Source: Roseovarius sp.
Lineage (GTDB): Bacteria > Pseudomonadota > Alphaproteobacteria > Rhodobacterales > Rhodobacteraceae
NCBI GenBank assembly: GCA_026709325.1
Contig: JAPOTF010000066.1
Location: forward strand, 4,501-68,500
DNA length: 64,000 bases
Direction of reading: 5' to 3'
Shown: positions 30,281-40,349 of the stretch, piece by piece
How the letters are laid out: every line of letters begins with the position of its first letter
Numbering within the stretch: position 1 is the stretch's first letter
Program-made: the position numbers and the translations under genes
Notes under the pieces: generated by a model
Told to the model about the DNA's origin: nothing
The model's input: only the letters and a program-made list of their open reading frames with translations
Database searches by the model: none

Positions 30281-30429
30281 CCTCCGCCATAATTTTTTTG
30301 ATTGTCACCTCTTCAGACCAGCCGCATTCACATAAATAACATCGCGGAAATTGCCAGCTTCACCAAATCGTCAATGACAGATGAAAATCCATGCATTGTA
30401 CCAGGGAACGAGTCTGAAAACCGCTTTAC

Positions 30430-31344
30430 CTAACTCTCCTGTGAATTTACGTTTCCGAAAGTCAGAATTCTGCACAGTTCGTCAAGTTGATCCAACGTTC
30501 CGTATTTTATTGTCATGCTTCCGTTTTGGTTGCCCTCCGCATGATTCAATATAACCGTCATTCCCAAATTTGCCGACAAATCGTTTTCAAGATCTATTGT
30601 GTCGGGGTTTTTTTCCGTTTTGGAAGTTTTCCTTCTTTTGTCCTTTCCAGCCTTTCCATCGGCGGATTTTGCCACCAGATTTTCAGTATCGCGTACCGAC
30701 ATGTCCTTTTCGACTATCTTCCTGGCCAGCATGGCCGGATCGTCGCATGGAATTAGCGCGCGGGCATGTCCAGAAGTGATTTTCCCGTCGTTAAGCAGGG
30801 CAAGCACTTCTTCTGGCAATGACAGCAATCGAACCGTGTTGGCGACATGGCTGCGGCTTTTACCCATGGATTCGGCAATTTTTTCCTGAGTGTGTCCGAA
30901 TTTCTCCACAAGCTGCCTGTATGCCACGGCCTCTTCCACAGGGCTCAGGTTTTTTCGCTGTATGTTTTCTATAATCGCAACTTGAAGAACCTCACTGTCA
31001 TCAAATTCTCTGACTATTACGGGAATGCAATCAAGTTTGGCCATTTGCGCAGCCCGCCAGCGGCGCTCTCCGGCAACAATTTCATACATTTCCGGTTCAT
31101 CAGGCAGAGGACGTACAATGAGTGGCTGTATAATACCCTTTGCCGAAATTGAAGAAGCGAGATCCTTCAAAGCTTCAGCGGCAAATGTTCTCCGCGGCTG
31201 GTTTTCATTGGGCTGCAGCTTTTCAATTGGCAGTAAATTATCCCTTTTGCCTTTTTCTCCCACTTCGACCGTGTTGATCTTCTTTACGTCAGACATAAGA
31301 ACATCAAGTCCGCGCCCCAAACCGCGTCTGGGTTTGTTATCCAT
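30430..31344 (-). CDS. parB: Chromosome partitioning protein ParB
   Basis: GLGRGLDVLM, QPRR.F, IIQPLIVRP, IVAGERRWRAA, and IIENIQR. Confidence 0.95.
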   Translation of the reverse strand: MDNKPRRGLGRGLDVLMSDVKKINTVEVGEKGKRDNLLPIEKLQPNENQPRRTFAAEALKDLASSISAKGIIQPLIVRPLPDEPEMYEIVAGERRWRAAQMAKLDCIPVIVREFDDSEVLQVAIIENIQRKNLSPVEEAVAYRQLVEKFGHTQEKIAESMGKSRSHVANTVRLLSLPEEVLALLNDGKITSGHARALIPCDDPAMLARKIVEKDMSVRDTENLVAKSADGKAGKDKRRKTSKTEKNPDTIDLENDLSANLGMTVILNHAEGNQNGSMTIKYGTLDQLDELCRILTFGNVNSQES

Positions 31345-31355
31345 TTTTCATTTCC

Positions 31356-32168
31356 CTATTCATACGAAATTTCCGTGTTTTTCTGCATCAGTTCCCTTGC
31401 AAGTTTCCTGTAGGCCACGGCGCCTCTTGACCTTGTGTCGTATTCCAATACCGGCATGGAGTATGACGGAGCCTCGCTAACTCTTACATTTCGCGGAATT
31501 ATGGTATCATATACCAGTTCACCAAGAAATTTTCGCGCATTCTCCTCCACTTGGGCCGACAAGTTGTTTCGTCTGTCGTACATGGTAAGCACAACGCCTT
31601 CCAGTCTAATTTTGGGGTTTGCGGCATCTCTGACTTCCTGAACCGTTCTGAACATTTGAGACAGCCCCTCCAAAGCGTAAAATTCCGTCTGCAGCGGAAC
31701 CAGTACGGAATGAGAGGCGACAATTGCATTAATGGTGAGAAGATTCAGGGAAGGCGGGCAGTCTATCAATATGAAATCGAAACCCAGCTTGTCCATTTCG
31801 GGATTTCTAAGCGCCATTCGCATCAGAAAGCTGCGCTTGTCGTTATTGACAAATTCCATGTCTGCCGAGCTTAGATCAACCGTTGCGGGGACAACATAAA
31901 GACCTTCATGCGAGGTTGGTAGAACAATGTCGGACAAATAGGTGTTGCCTGTCAGCAAGTCATGGGAAGTGTAGTCCCGCTGTTCATCATCAATTCCCAG
32001 CCCGGTAGAGGCATTTCCTTGCGGATCAAAATCGACAATCAGAACCTTGAGCTTGAACTCCGCCAGCGCGGCACCGAGATTTACGGCGGTTGTCGTCTTT
32101 CCCACGCCGCCTTTCTGGTTTGCAATGGAAATTATTTTTGTTTCGGGAATTTTAAAAGATCTGTTCAA
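31356..32168 (-). CDS. parA: Chromosome partitioning ATPase ParA/Soj
   Basis: Deviant Walker A NQKGGVGKTTTAVNL, with VDFDPQGN and IDCPPS. Confidence 0.95.
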   Translation of the reverse strand: MNRSFKIPETKIISIANQKGGVGKTTTAVNLGAALAEFKLKVLIVDFDPQGNASTGLGIDDEQRDYTSHDLLTGNTYLSDIVLPTSHEGLYVVPATVDLSSADMEFVNNDKRSFLMRMALRNPEMDKLGFDFILIDCPPSLNLLTINAIVASHSVLVPLQTEFYALEGLSQMFRTVQEVRDAANPKIRLEGVVLTMYDRRNNLSAQVEENARKFLGELVYDTIIPRNVRVSEAPSYSMPVLEYDTRSRGAVAYRKLARELMQKNTEISYE

Positions 32169-32772
32169 TTGAGATATCCTTGATTTTTAATATCACTCCG
32201 CCACCGGAAATGTCGCTCTTGACAGCCTGATGCCTGAAATGCCACGCGCTTTTGGCCCTTGTCACTTCCTCATGCCAATTTTCGCCTTTTGGAAAAATCG
32301 CCACGCCGCTTGGCTTTAGGTGCATCGAGGCGTATTTCAACAACATCTGAAGTTCAGATAGCGCTCTTGCTGAAACCACATCTGCATTTAACGGCATGAC
32401 ATGCTCAACCCGATCATTTACGATTTGCGCTTTCGCTCCCGTTTTTCTGATTACGGAACGCATGAACTCGCATTTGCGAGAATCGCTTTCCATCAGCATC
32501 ACATTTTCCGGCGAACCTTTCTCCATGGCCATTATGGCAACCACCAAACCGGGGAATCCGGCGCCCGAACCAAAATCGGCCCAGATTTTAACCGGATGCG
32601 GCACAAGATTGTACAACTGGGCGGAATCCTTGAAATGACGGCTCCACATGTCATCCAGGCTGCGCTTTGACACTAGATTGATTGACTTGCTCCACTTGCG
32701 CAGCATATCCGAATAGCATCCCAGCCGAAGATTTGTTTCACGTGAAACATTTATCGTTCCGAGAAAAGCCAT
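32152..32772 (-). CDS. rsmG: 16S rRNA (guanine527-N7)-methyltransferase
   Basis: NVSRETNLRL N-terminus, DFGSGAGFPGLVVAI SAM motif, and synteny with mnmG/parA. Confidence 0.92.
   Translation of the reverse strand: MAFLGTINVSRETNLRLGCYSDMLRKWSKSINLVSKRSLDDMWSRHFKDSAQLYNLVPHPVKIWADFGSGAGFPGLVVAIMAMEKGSPENVMLMESDSRKCEFMRSVIRKTGAKAQIVNDRVEHVMPLNADVVSARALSELQMLLKYASMHLKPSGVAIFPKGENWHEEVTRAKSAWHFRHQAVKSDISGGGVILKIKDISIEQIF
32734..32749. promoter_or_regulatory. parS site (perfect 16-bp palindrome)
   Basis: TGTTTCACGTGAAACA read directly. It lies in the rsmG 5' codons (N-V-S-R-E-T). Confidence 0.9.
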
Positions 32773-32855
32773 GCATTTTTACCATTTGCCATCAGATTCC
32801 GCACATATTAGGGCATTGCAGAGCCAGAGGCGACCATAAACGTGTGGCAACCGAT

Positions 32856-32871
32856 TGTTTCACGTGAAACA
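32856..32871. promoter_or_regulatory. parS site (perfect 16-bp palindrome)
   Basis: TGTTTCACGTGAAACA in the rsmG-mnmG intergenic spacer. Confidence 0.9.
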
Positions 32872-32884
32872 ATTTGCCCTGAAA

Positions 32885-34756
32885 TCACGAGGCGGTCTTT
32901 TTCGCCCCTGGTTTCAATCGCGCCGCCAGAAGCGTAATGGCGGCCGGGGTCATTCCATCAATCCGTCCCGCCTGCCCAATGTTTGATGGCCTTGATTGAG
33001 ACAATTTAAACTTGAGTTCGTTTGACAGACCCTGGAGTGACATAAAATCGAAATCATCCGGAATTTTCCTGGCTTCGTCCCGCTTAATCATTTGAACATC
33101 CCTGTTTTGACGCTCGATATAATTCGCATAAAGAGCATCCCTTTCAAGCTGTTCGCGAATATCGGCTGCAAGATCTTCAAGGCCAGGTTCAAGAAGCAGC
33201 AGATCTTCAAAATCAACATCTGGAAAGGACAGAAGCTGATAGCAGGTTCTTTTGGACCCGTCTCTGCTCACCTTCAGGCCTATCCCTTCCAGCTGCCGGG
33301 TTGTGTAGGAACGCTCTTCAAGATGGCTGCGCGCCTTCTCAAGCCTGTCCATCTTGTTCTCGAAAGCCGTTTTTCGCCTTTCCGACACGCATCCCAGACC
33401 AATTCCCAAACCCGTAAGACGCTGATCCGCATTGTCCGCTCTCAGCGAGAGTCGGAATTCCGCGCGAGAAGTAAACATTCTATAAGGTTCCGCAACACCT
33501 CTGGTCGTCAGATCATCAAGCATGACGCCTATATAGCTATCTGATCTGCTGAATATGACGGGATCTCGACCCAGCGCCTCCAGCGACGCATTCAAACCGG
33601 CAACCAGACCTTGCGCGGCGGCTTCTTCATATCCTGTGGTTCCGTTTATCTGACCGGCGAGGTAAAGACCGGGCACGTCTTTTACCGAAAGTGTGGACTT
33701 CAATGCCCGAGGATCGACGTAGTCATATTCAATTGCGTATCCCGGCTGAAGAATTTTCGCGCTTTCCAATCCCTTGATTGATTGCACATAGTCAACCTGC
33801 ACATCCCCGGGAAGTGAGGTTGAAATCCCGTTTGGGTAAATCACGCTGTCTGAAAGACTCTCGGGTTCCAAAAATATCTGATGAGAGGTCTTGTCCGCAA
33901 ACCGGACAATCTTGTCTTCAATTGAAGGACAGTATCTCGGTCCAATGCCGTCGATCCTTCCACCATACATTGCCGACCGTTCCAGATTGTCTCTTATAAT
34001 GGAATGGGTTTTTTCATTGGTATGGGTAATGCCACATGAGATCTGGCGGGCCGTGGGGCTGTCGGACAGAAAGGAAAACATCGCCGCCTCGTCATCCCCG
34101 GGCTGCATTTCCAGGCCGGACCAGTCAATTGTTCCTCCATCGAGCCTGGGAGGCGTTCCCGTCTTTAAACGCCCCAGTGGCAATTCAAGGGAATCGATTC
34201 TTTCCGCCAGTTTGACAGAAGGGCCGTCTCCCATGCGTCCGCCTGGATATGACACGTCACCAATGTGCACCACCCCTCTAAGGAAGGTTCCGGTTGTGAG
34301 AATTACCGCTTTTGCCGGAATTTCGCTTCCGTCGGCAAGCACCACGCCGGACGCGCGCCTTCCCGACATCCTCAGATCGCAGGCTTCCCCTTCGATGATC
34401 GTGATATTTTCAAAACGCCCAATCTCTCTCTGCATCGCCTTTAGATAAATCTTGCGATCGGCCTGGGCTCTCGGACCTTGAACGGCCGGTCCCTTGCGAC
34501 GGTTCAACAGGCGAAACTGTATTCCAGCTTCATCCGCCACACGTCCCATAACTCCGTCAAGGGAGTCAATTTCACGAACCAGGTGCCCCTTACCAAGCCC
34601 CCCAATCGCCGGATTGCACGACATAACGCCTATCGAGCTTTGGGAATGGGTTATCAGAGCGGTTTGAACGCCGATGCGCGCCGCGGCATGAGCCGCTTCC
34701 GCTCCCGCATGTCCTCCGCCAATTACAATCACATCAAATTGTTTCACGTGAAACAT
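32885..34756 (-). CDS. mnmG: tRNA uridine 5-carboxymethylaminomethyl modification enzyme MnmG (GidA)
   Basis: [19 protein letters not shown] motif and [16 protein letters not shown]. 623 aa. Confidence 0.97.
   Translation of the reverse strand: MFHVKQFDVIVIGGGHAGAEAAHAAARIGVQTALITHSQSSIGVMSCNPAIGGLGKGHLVREIDSLDGVMGRVADEAGIQFRLLNRRKGPAVQGPRAQADRKIYLKAMQREIGRFENITIIEGEACDLRMSGRRASGVVLADGSEIPAKAVILTTGTFLRGVVHIGDVSYPGGRMGDGPSVKLAERIDSLELPLGRLKTGTPPRLDGGTIDWSGLEMQPGDDEAAMFSFLSDSPTARQISCGITHTNEKTHSIIRDNLERSAMYGGRIDGIGPRYCPSIEDKIVRFADKTSHQIFLEPESLSDSVIYPNGISTSLPGDVQVDYVQSIKGLESAKILQPGYAIEYDYVDPRALKSTLSVKDVPGLYLAGQINGTTGYEEAAAQGLVAGLNASLEALGRDPVIFSRSDSYIGVMLDDLTTRGVAEPYRMFTSRAEFRLSLRADNADQRLTGLGIGLGCVSERRKTAFENKMDRLEKARSHLEERSYTTRQLEGIGLKVSRDGSKRTCYQLLSFPDVDFEDLLLLEPGLEDLAADIREQLERDALYANYIERQNRDVQMIKRDEARKIPDDFDFMSLQGLSNELKFKLSQSRPSNIGQAGRIDGMTPAAITLLAARLKPGAKKTAS
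34740..34755. promoter_or_regulatory. parS site (perfect 16-bp palindrome)
   Basis: TGTTTCACGTGAAACA overlapping the first codons of mnmG (M-F-H-V-K-Q). Confidence 0.9.
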
Positions 34757-34759
34757 TCC

Positions 34760-36046
34760 CTATTTTCCAAGACAGAAGGTTTTGAATATTTCATCAAGAA
34801 CGCACTCAACATCCACCTTTCCGGTTAAAGAATCAAGTGCTTGAATTGCCTGGCGCAAGCATTCCGAAATCAGCTCGGGACGACCGCCGTTCATTTTAAT
34901 TTCCATCATTGCAGACTCCAGAGCCTCGCGGGCATTGATCATGGCCGCCTTGTGACGGTATCTTGTGGCCAATCCGGCATTTGATGTTCGATTTTTCAGT
35001 ATTGAGGCAATGGTCAGGATCAGTTCATCAATTCCCTTACCGGTTTTCCCTGAAACCGATCCCCCCGGATCACCTTTAAGATCGCCCTTTGCCACTATGA
35101 CTATGTCGTCTTCTTTTTTTTGAATATCAATCATCTCGTTGTTTTCAATGAGAAAAACACGAATATCGGCCTGATTTGCCCTTTGTCTGGCCAGATCCAC
35201 GCCAATCGCTTCAACATTGTCATCAGTGTTGCGAATGCCGGCAGTGTCAAGCAGTGTAACCGGCAGGCCATGGATGTCCATTCGAACTTCAATTATGTCC
35301 CTGGTCGTGCCGGCAAATTCCGATGTAATTGCCGCTTTTCTGCCTGCAACAGCGTTTAGAAGCGTTGACTTGCCGACATTCGGCGCCCCTACAATGGCTA
35401 TTTCAAAACCCCGTCTGATACGTTCGGCAGACGCAAACCCATCTATTTGTCCCTTTAAGGAGCCAGCGATGTCAGATATCAACTCCATCACATCCGGCAA
35501 TGCGTTTTCAGGTATGTCTTCATCGGAAAAATCAATCCCAACCTCAATTAGCGCGGATGCCCTTATAAGCGCAGATCTCCAGATTTGCGCTTGAGATCCC
35601 AAGTCGCCGTGAAGATTCTGCAGCGCCTGTCGTCTCTGCGCCTCTGTTTCCGACTCGATAAGATCGGTCAAACCCTCAACCTGCGATAGATCCAGCATTC
35701 CATTTTCAAATGATCGTCGCGCAAATTCGCCTGGTTCAGCAATCCTCAATCCATTCATTTGAGACAAGGCATCGAGCACGGCCGCCACCACCGCGGAGCT
35801 TCCGTGGCAATGAAACTCGGCCGCCTCTTCGCCGGTGGCACTGCGTTTCTCCTCAAAGCAAATCACAATGGCCTGATCCAGCAATCCGTTTTTCCTGTCG
35901 CGAAGTTTCCGCAGCGACGCATGTCTCGGTGGCGGTATGCCGCCACAGAGATCGTTCACTGCGCGAAAAGATTCCGAACCTGAAACGCGTATAACGGATA
36001 TGCCCGATTTTCCGGGCGCCGTGGACAACGCGAATATCGTATCCAT
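34760..36046 (-). CDS. mnmE: tRNA modification GTPase MnmE (TrmE)
   Basis: DTIFALSTAPGKSGISVIR, G1 GAPNVGKSTLLN, DTAG, and the C-terminal FCLGK. Confidence 0.97.
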   Translation of the reverse strand: MDTIFALSTAPGKSGISVIRVSGSESFRAVNDLCGGIPPPRHASLRKLRDRKNGLLDQAIVICFEEKRSATGEEAAEFHCHGSSAVVAAVLDALSQMNGLRIAEPGEFARRSFENGMLDLSQVEGLTDLIESETEAQRRQALQNLHGDLGSQAQIWRSALIRASALIEVGIDFSDEDIPENALPDVMELISDIAGSLKGQIDGFASAERIRRGFEIAIVGAPNVGKSTLLNAVAGRKAAITSEFAGTTRDIIEVRMDIHGLPVTLLDTAGIRNTDDNVEAIGVDLARQRANQADIRVFLIENNEMIDIQKKEDDIVIVAKGDLKGDPGGSVSGKTGKGIDELILTIASILKNRTSNAGLATRYRHKAAMINAREALESAMMEIKMNGGRPELISECLRQAIQALDSLTGKVDVECVLDEIFKTFCLGK

Positions 36047-36070
36047 TACGCCCTCCGGATACCGTTGCGC

Positions 36071-37342
36071 CTATGTGTTCATTGAGTCGAAAAAATCCGA
36101 GTTTGTCTTTGTTTGCTTTAACTTGCTCAGCAGAAACTCGATTGCATCGGTTGTTCCCATTGGATTTAAAATTCTTCTCAGCACATAGGTCTTTTGCAGA
36201 TCCGCTTTATCAATCAGAAGATCCTCTTTTCTAGTACCGGACTTTAAGATGTCAATCGAGGGAAACACTCGCTTGTCCGCAACCTTTCGATCCAGTACAA
36301 TTTCGGAATTGCCCGTTCCCTTGAATTCCTCAAATATCACCTCGTCCATTCTGCTTCCCGTTTCAATCAGCGCGGTCGATATGATTGTGAGAGATCCGCC
36401 CTCTTCAATGTTTCTGGCGGCTCCAAAAAACCGCTTTGGCCGCTGAAGCGCGTTTGCATCGACTCCACCGGTCAAAACCTTTCCCGAAGACGGTACAACC
36501 GTGTTGTAGGCTCTTCCAAGCCTGGTGATGGAATCAAGCAGAATCACAACGTCTCTTCTATGCTCAACCAGCCGCTTTGCCTTCTCGATTACCATTTCGG
36601 CCACGGCAACATGCCTTGTTGCCGGTTCATCGAAAGTCGAACTGATGACCTCTCCCTTAACGGACCTTTGCATGTCGGTCACTTCCTCGGGACGTTCGTC
36701 GATCAGCAACACGATCAGATAGCATTCGGGATGATTTCTTTCGATGCTGGCCGCGATATTCTGAAGGATGACGGTTTTTCCGGTTCTGGGAGGAGCCACA
36801 ATCAGCGAGCGCTGCCCCTTGCCTATGGGCGCAACAAGGTCAATAACTCTCGCGGACTTGTCCTTTACAGTTGGATCCTGAATTTCCAGCGTTATTCTCT
36901 CGTCCGGATACAATGGCGTTAGATTGTCAAAATTGATTTTGTGCTTTGCCCGCTCCGGATCTTCGAAATTAATTCTGGTCACTCTTGTTATCGCAAAGTA
37001 TCTCTCGTTTTCCTCTGGCGCTCTTATTTCACCATCAACCGTATCACCGGTTCGCATGGAAAATTGCCGTATCATATCCGGTGAAACATATATGTCATCT
37101 GGACCCGGAAGATAGTTTGCTTCAGGAGATCGAAGAAAACCGAAACCATCCTGAAGCACCTCCAGTACACCGTCTCCGGATATCATCCAGCCCTCGTCCG
37201 CGCGCTCGCGAAGAATCTGAAACATCATTTCTCCCTTGCGCATTGTCGATGCGTTTTCAATTTCGAGTTCTTCTGCCATATTCAAAAGATCTTTGGCGGT
37301 ATGGGCTTTCAAATCGGATAGATTTAGACGATTGGCTGTCAT
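36071..37342 (-). CDS. rho: Transcription termination factor Rho
   Basis: Start trimmed to [21 protein letters not shown]-binding motif, Walker A APPRTGKT, and RFFGAARN. Confidence 0.97.
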   Translation of the reverse strand: MTANRLNLSDLKAHTAKDLLNMAEELEIENASTMRKGEMMFQILRERADEGWMISGDGVLEVLQDGFGFLRSPEANYLPGPDDIYVSPDMIRQFSMRTGDTVDGEIRAPEENERYFAITRVTRINFEDPERAKHKINFDNLTPLYPDERITLEIQDPTVKDKSARVIDLVAPIGKGQRSLIVAPPRTGKTVILQNIAASIERNHPECYLIVLLIDERPEEVTDMQRSVKGEVISSTFDEPATRHVAVAEMVIEKAKRLVEHRRDVVILLDSITRLGRAYNTVVPSSGKVLTGGVDANALQRPKRFFGAARNIEEGGSLTIISTALIETGSRMDEVIFEEFKGTGNSEIVLDRKVADKRVFPSIDILKSGTRKEDLLIDKADLQKTYVLRRILNPMGTTDAIEFLLSKLKQTKTNSDFFDSMNT

Positions 37343-37655
37343 TTTAAATCCTTTGCAAATATGCCTTTTAGCATATGTGTTCTGCTGTTTTCTGGAATGT
37401 CGGAAATGCCCGGACGGGATTCCCTCTTTTATGTATCTACTGATCCGGAAATAGTCAACACGCTTGAATTTCAGTAATTTCCGCAAACTTTATGTTTTTC
37501 GCAGACCATGCCGTCCTCCATGAAAAACCGATATTAAATGATTTTTTGCCACATATGCCTAAAAATTCCCGAAAAGCCATATGAAAAGTCGACGAAAATT
37601 TACAAAACACTTTTAAGCCATTGAATAATTTAATGAAAAATTTTTCCGAAAGCCG

Positions 37656-38105
37656 TTAGAATTTAACCACCGCGGCCAAAACGATTACAATCATTAGAAT
37701 CGTGGTGACCTCGTTTAACATTCGATATTGCGATCCCGACAATTTGTTTTGTCCATTAACGAAATCCTTACTTCTCATTGAAAGCCAGTGATGAAATCCC
37801 GTCATTCCAATCACCGCGGCAGCCTTCACATATGGCCATACAGACCCCCAATCAATCACACCCGGAGTGAATGCAAGAAGCAATCCAAATATCCAGGATG
37901 AAATCATTGCGGGATTCATGATTATTTTCAAAAGCTTGTATTCCATTTCCTGAAATACAGCCGCAATTTCAGGTTTGTCGTTTGCTTTCTCGACATGATA
38001 AACAAAAAGCCTTGGAAGGTAGAACATTCCAACCATCCAGGAAATTACAGATATTATGTGAAGCGCCTTTGTCCATGGATATGCCAGTATCGTTATATCG
38101 TTCAT
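37656..38105 (-). CDS. hemJ: Protoporphyrinogen oxidase HemJ
   Basis: 149-aa membrane protein with WTKALHIISVISWMVGMFYLPRLFVYH, the HemJ signature region. Confidence 0.85.
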   Translation of the reverse strand: MNDITILAYPWTKALHIISVISWMVGMFYLPRLFVYHVEKANDKPEIAAVFQEMEYKLLKIIMNPAMISSWIFGLLLAFTPGVIDWGSVWPYVKAAAVIGMTGFHHWLSMRSKDFVNGQNKLSGSQYRMLNEVTTILMIVIVLAAVVKF

Positions 38106-38228
38106 TTTGCAGTGCCTTGCAGTTCACAAGAATTAGAATATGTTTATATGTAAAGAGACTGTTTTTGTAGAGATAAATTTTTGACTGGATTATTTTTTTT
38201 CAACAACGTTATTAACATTTGAAAATTT

Positions 38229-38237
38229 TGTGGAAAA
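38229..38237 (-). promoter_or_regulatory. DnaA-box-like motif
   Basis: Plus strand TGTGGAAAA equals TTTTCCACA on the minus strand. This fits the relaxed consensus TT(A/T)TNCACA. Confidence 0.5.
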
Positions 38238-38240
38238 GCA

Positions 38241-38249
38241 TGTGGAAAA
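38241..38249 (-). promoter_or_regulatory. DnaA-box-like motif (tandem copy, 12 nt from the first)
   Basis: A second TGTGGAAAA, read directly. Confidence 0.5.
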
Positions 38250-38390
38250 GCAAGGTAAAATTCATGATGGAAAAAATTTCAAATTAATTTAACGCGATAG
38301 AAATCCGTCTTTCATGATTTAATATGCGGAATTGTTGATAAGATGTGGTTGAACATGAAAATCATGTTAATTGACTTGTTCTTCTCAACA

Positions 38391-38399
38391 TTTGGATAA
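38391..38399 (-). promoter_or_regulatory. DnaA-box-like motif with one mismatch
   Basis: Plus strand TTTGGATAA equals TTATCCAAA, against the consensus TTATCCACA. Confidence 0.35.
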
Positions 38400-38508
38400 C
38401 TTTGAATAATCTTTTAAAAAGACTCCAGCAGGATCGTTGCACTCAGAGTTTTGGCATCTTTAAGGCATTTATCAAAACAATGTACACATGTTTATACAGG
38501 AATTACAT

Positions 38509-38886
38509 ATGTCCGAAAAAATCACATTGGCTTCCAAATCAACCGTTCGAAGAGAGCTGCTTGATGCCGCTAAAGTTGATTATACCGCCATATCGCCAAA
38601 AATTGATGAACTGAGCTTGCAATGGGAATGCAAGAAAACAATGCCCATCCGAAAGAAATTTCCTTGGCGTAGCAGCTGAAAAGGCGCGACGTGGCGGAAA
38701 ATTGTTTGGTATCTATTCAGAAACTGGAAAAGCGTAAAATGTTCTCCTGGCGCATGCAAGCTGGAGGAAGAGGGATTGAAACTGTTTTCCGAAATCGGCG
38801 GCAATTTTATGGGTGCCTTGGGCTTTCCGCCTGTTAAGCTGCTGCAGTGTCTCGTTAAAGACGCTTTTCGAGAAATCCCCAATTGA
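38509..38886 (+). pseudogene. maf: Maf-like nucleotide pyrophosphatase remnant (frameshifted, internally deleted)
   Basis: The N-terminal MSEKITLASKSTVRRELLDAAKVDYTAISPKIDE matches the Maf start. A second frame gives HPKEISLA(stop)QLKRRDVAEN, and a third gives the Maf C-terminus LFSEIGGNFMGALGFPPVKLLQCL. Total span is 378 bp, against roughly 600 bp for intact maf. Confidence 0.65.
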
Positions 38887-38919
38887 CATGACGCACCGGA
38901 AAATGGCATTGAGCGTTTT

Positions 38920-39747
38920 ATGAAAAAAATTGCCCTCGCCGGCGTTATCGGCTCACCTGTTTCGCATTCAAAATCCCCCAACATACACGCTCACTGGTTA
39001 AAGGCGGCCGGTATAAAAGGGTATTACATTCCCGTTGACGTGTTGTCGAATGATCTTGAGAAAGTTCTGAAAACGTTGCCAAAGATGGGTTTTTCCGGAA
39101 TAAACGTAACTCTTCCGCACAAGGTGAGAGTGCTTGAACATTCCGACAGAGTCAGCCAGAGCGCCCAAATCATTGGAGCCGCGAATACACTCACTTTCAG
39201 TGAAAGCGGAGAAATGTTTGCCGACAATACAGACGGTTATGGGTTTATGGAGAATTTAAGGCAAAATGCGCCGGACTGGCGTCCGGGTAGCGAACCGGTG
39301 GTGATATTGGGGGCCGGTGGTGCCGCTCGTGCAATCGCCTGGTCGCTTTTAACTTTTGGAGCAGACAATATATTGATTGCAAACCGCACCCGGTCTCGCG
39401 CTGAAGCGCTCCGGCGAAAGTTTGGCAATGATCTTCACGTACACGACTGGGGTGAAATCGATGATTTGATTACCGAGGCGTCATTGCTTGTAAACACCAC
39501 TTCTCTGGGAATGCATGGAATGCCTCCCCTGCCAATAAAGCGCGACGGGCTGGCAAAAAACGCGGTGGTTTGCGATATAGTATACGCGCCGCTGCAAACC
39601 AAACTGCTTCGCAATGCCGAAAAGCGTGGCTGCATTTGCGTGGATGGACTTGGAATGCTGTTGCACCAGGCCGTTCCCGCATTTGAATCATGGTTTGGAG
39701 TAAAGCCCGTTGTTGACGACAGTACCAGAAACGCGGCTTTGAAATGA
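38920..39747 (+). CDS. aroE: Shikimate dehydrogenase
   Basis: GVIGSPVSHSKSP, GINVTLPHK, NTDGYGF, and ILGAGGAARA. Confidence 0.92.
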   Translation: MKKIALAGVIGSPVSHSKSPNIHAHWLKAAGIKGYYIPVDVLSNDLEKVLKTLPKMGFSGINVTLPHKVRVLEHSDRVSQSAQIIGAANTLTFSESGEMFADNTDGYGFMENLRQNAPDWRPGSEPVVILGAGGAARAIAWSLLTFGADNILIANRTRSRAEALRRKFGNDLHVHDWGEIDDLITEASLLVNTTSLGMHGMPPLPIKRDGLAKNAVVCDIVYAPLQTKLLRNAEKRGCICVDGLGMLLHQAVPAFESWFGVKPVVDDSTRNAALK

Positions 39748-40349
39748 CGTTTAAACTTGGTTTGACAGGATCCATCGGTTCCGGGAAATCAACAACCGCC
39801 GAGTTTTTTCTCCGGGAAGGCTGCGCCGTCTGGGATGCGGATGAGACGGTCCAGAGATTGTACTCAAACGGAGGCATGGCGGTGTCTCGAATCAGGAAAA
39901 TCATCCCAGATGTCATTTCCAACAACTCTGTTTCGCGAACAAGACTCAGGGAGGCGATTGAAAAAGATCTCAATTTGCTGGATTTGATTGAGGAGACGGT
40001 CCACCCTTTGGTGAGTGAAGACAGAAATCGCTTTTTATCAAACGCAACATCAGATATCGCGGTATTTGACATTCCGCTTCTTTATGAAACCGGAAGTGAA
40101 GAGGAGATGGATGCCGTGGCATGCGTCACGGCACCGTTTAACGTCAGAAAATCACGAGTTCTTTCAAGAGGCAAGATGTCGGAAAATCAGGTATTGAATA
40201 TTATGAGACGGCAAATGCCGGATTCGGAAAAATGCGCCAGAGCAAATTTTGTTGTCATTGCGGATACCATGGATCACGCCCGTCAACAGGTGCATGAAAT
40301 TGTAAAAAAGATTAGACGGGATGGTAAAAATGCGCGAAATAGTTCTTGA
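39744..40349 (+). CDS. coaE: Dephospho-CoA kinase
   Basis: P-loop LGLTGSIGSGKST and the VFDIPLLYE motif. The start has an ATGA overlap with aroE. Confidence 0.9.
   Translation: MTFKLGLTGSIGSGKSTTAEFFLREGCAVWDADETVQRLYSNGGMAVSRIRKIIPDVISNNSVSRTRLREAIEKDLNLLDLIEETVHPLVSEDRNRFLSNATSDIAVFDIPLLYETGSEEEMDAVACVTAPFNVRKSRVLSRGKMSENQVLNIMRRQMPDSEKCARANFVVIADTMDHARQQVHEIVKKIRRDGKNARNSS

Larger units (their letters stand above)
38106..38508. other. Candidate chromosomal replication origin (oriC)
   Basis: 403-bp gene-free, very AT-rich gap; line 38161..38220 has 13 G+C of 60 by hand count. It contains tandem DnaA-box-like motifs. Context is hemJ/rho/mnmEG/parAB on one side and maf-aroE-coaE-dnaQ on the other, with parS sites 4-6 kb away. 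Confidence 0.6.

Noticed and set aside
38106-38508. I looked for CtrA-type TTAA-N7-TTAA boxes in the candidate origin.
   Set aside because: Only isolated TTAA half-sites were seen (for example TTAATATGCGGAATT), with no full site, so none is annotated.
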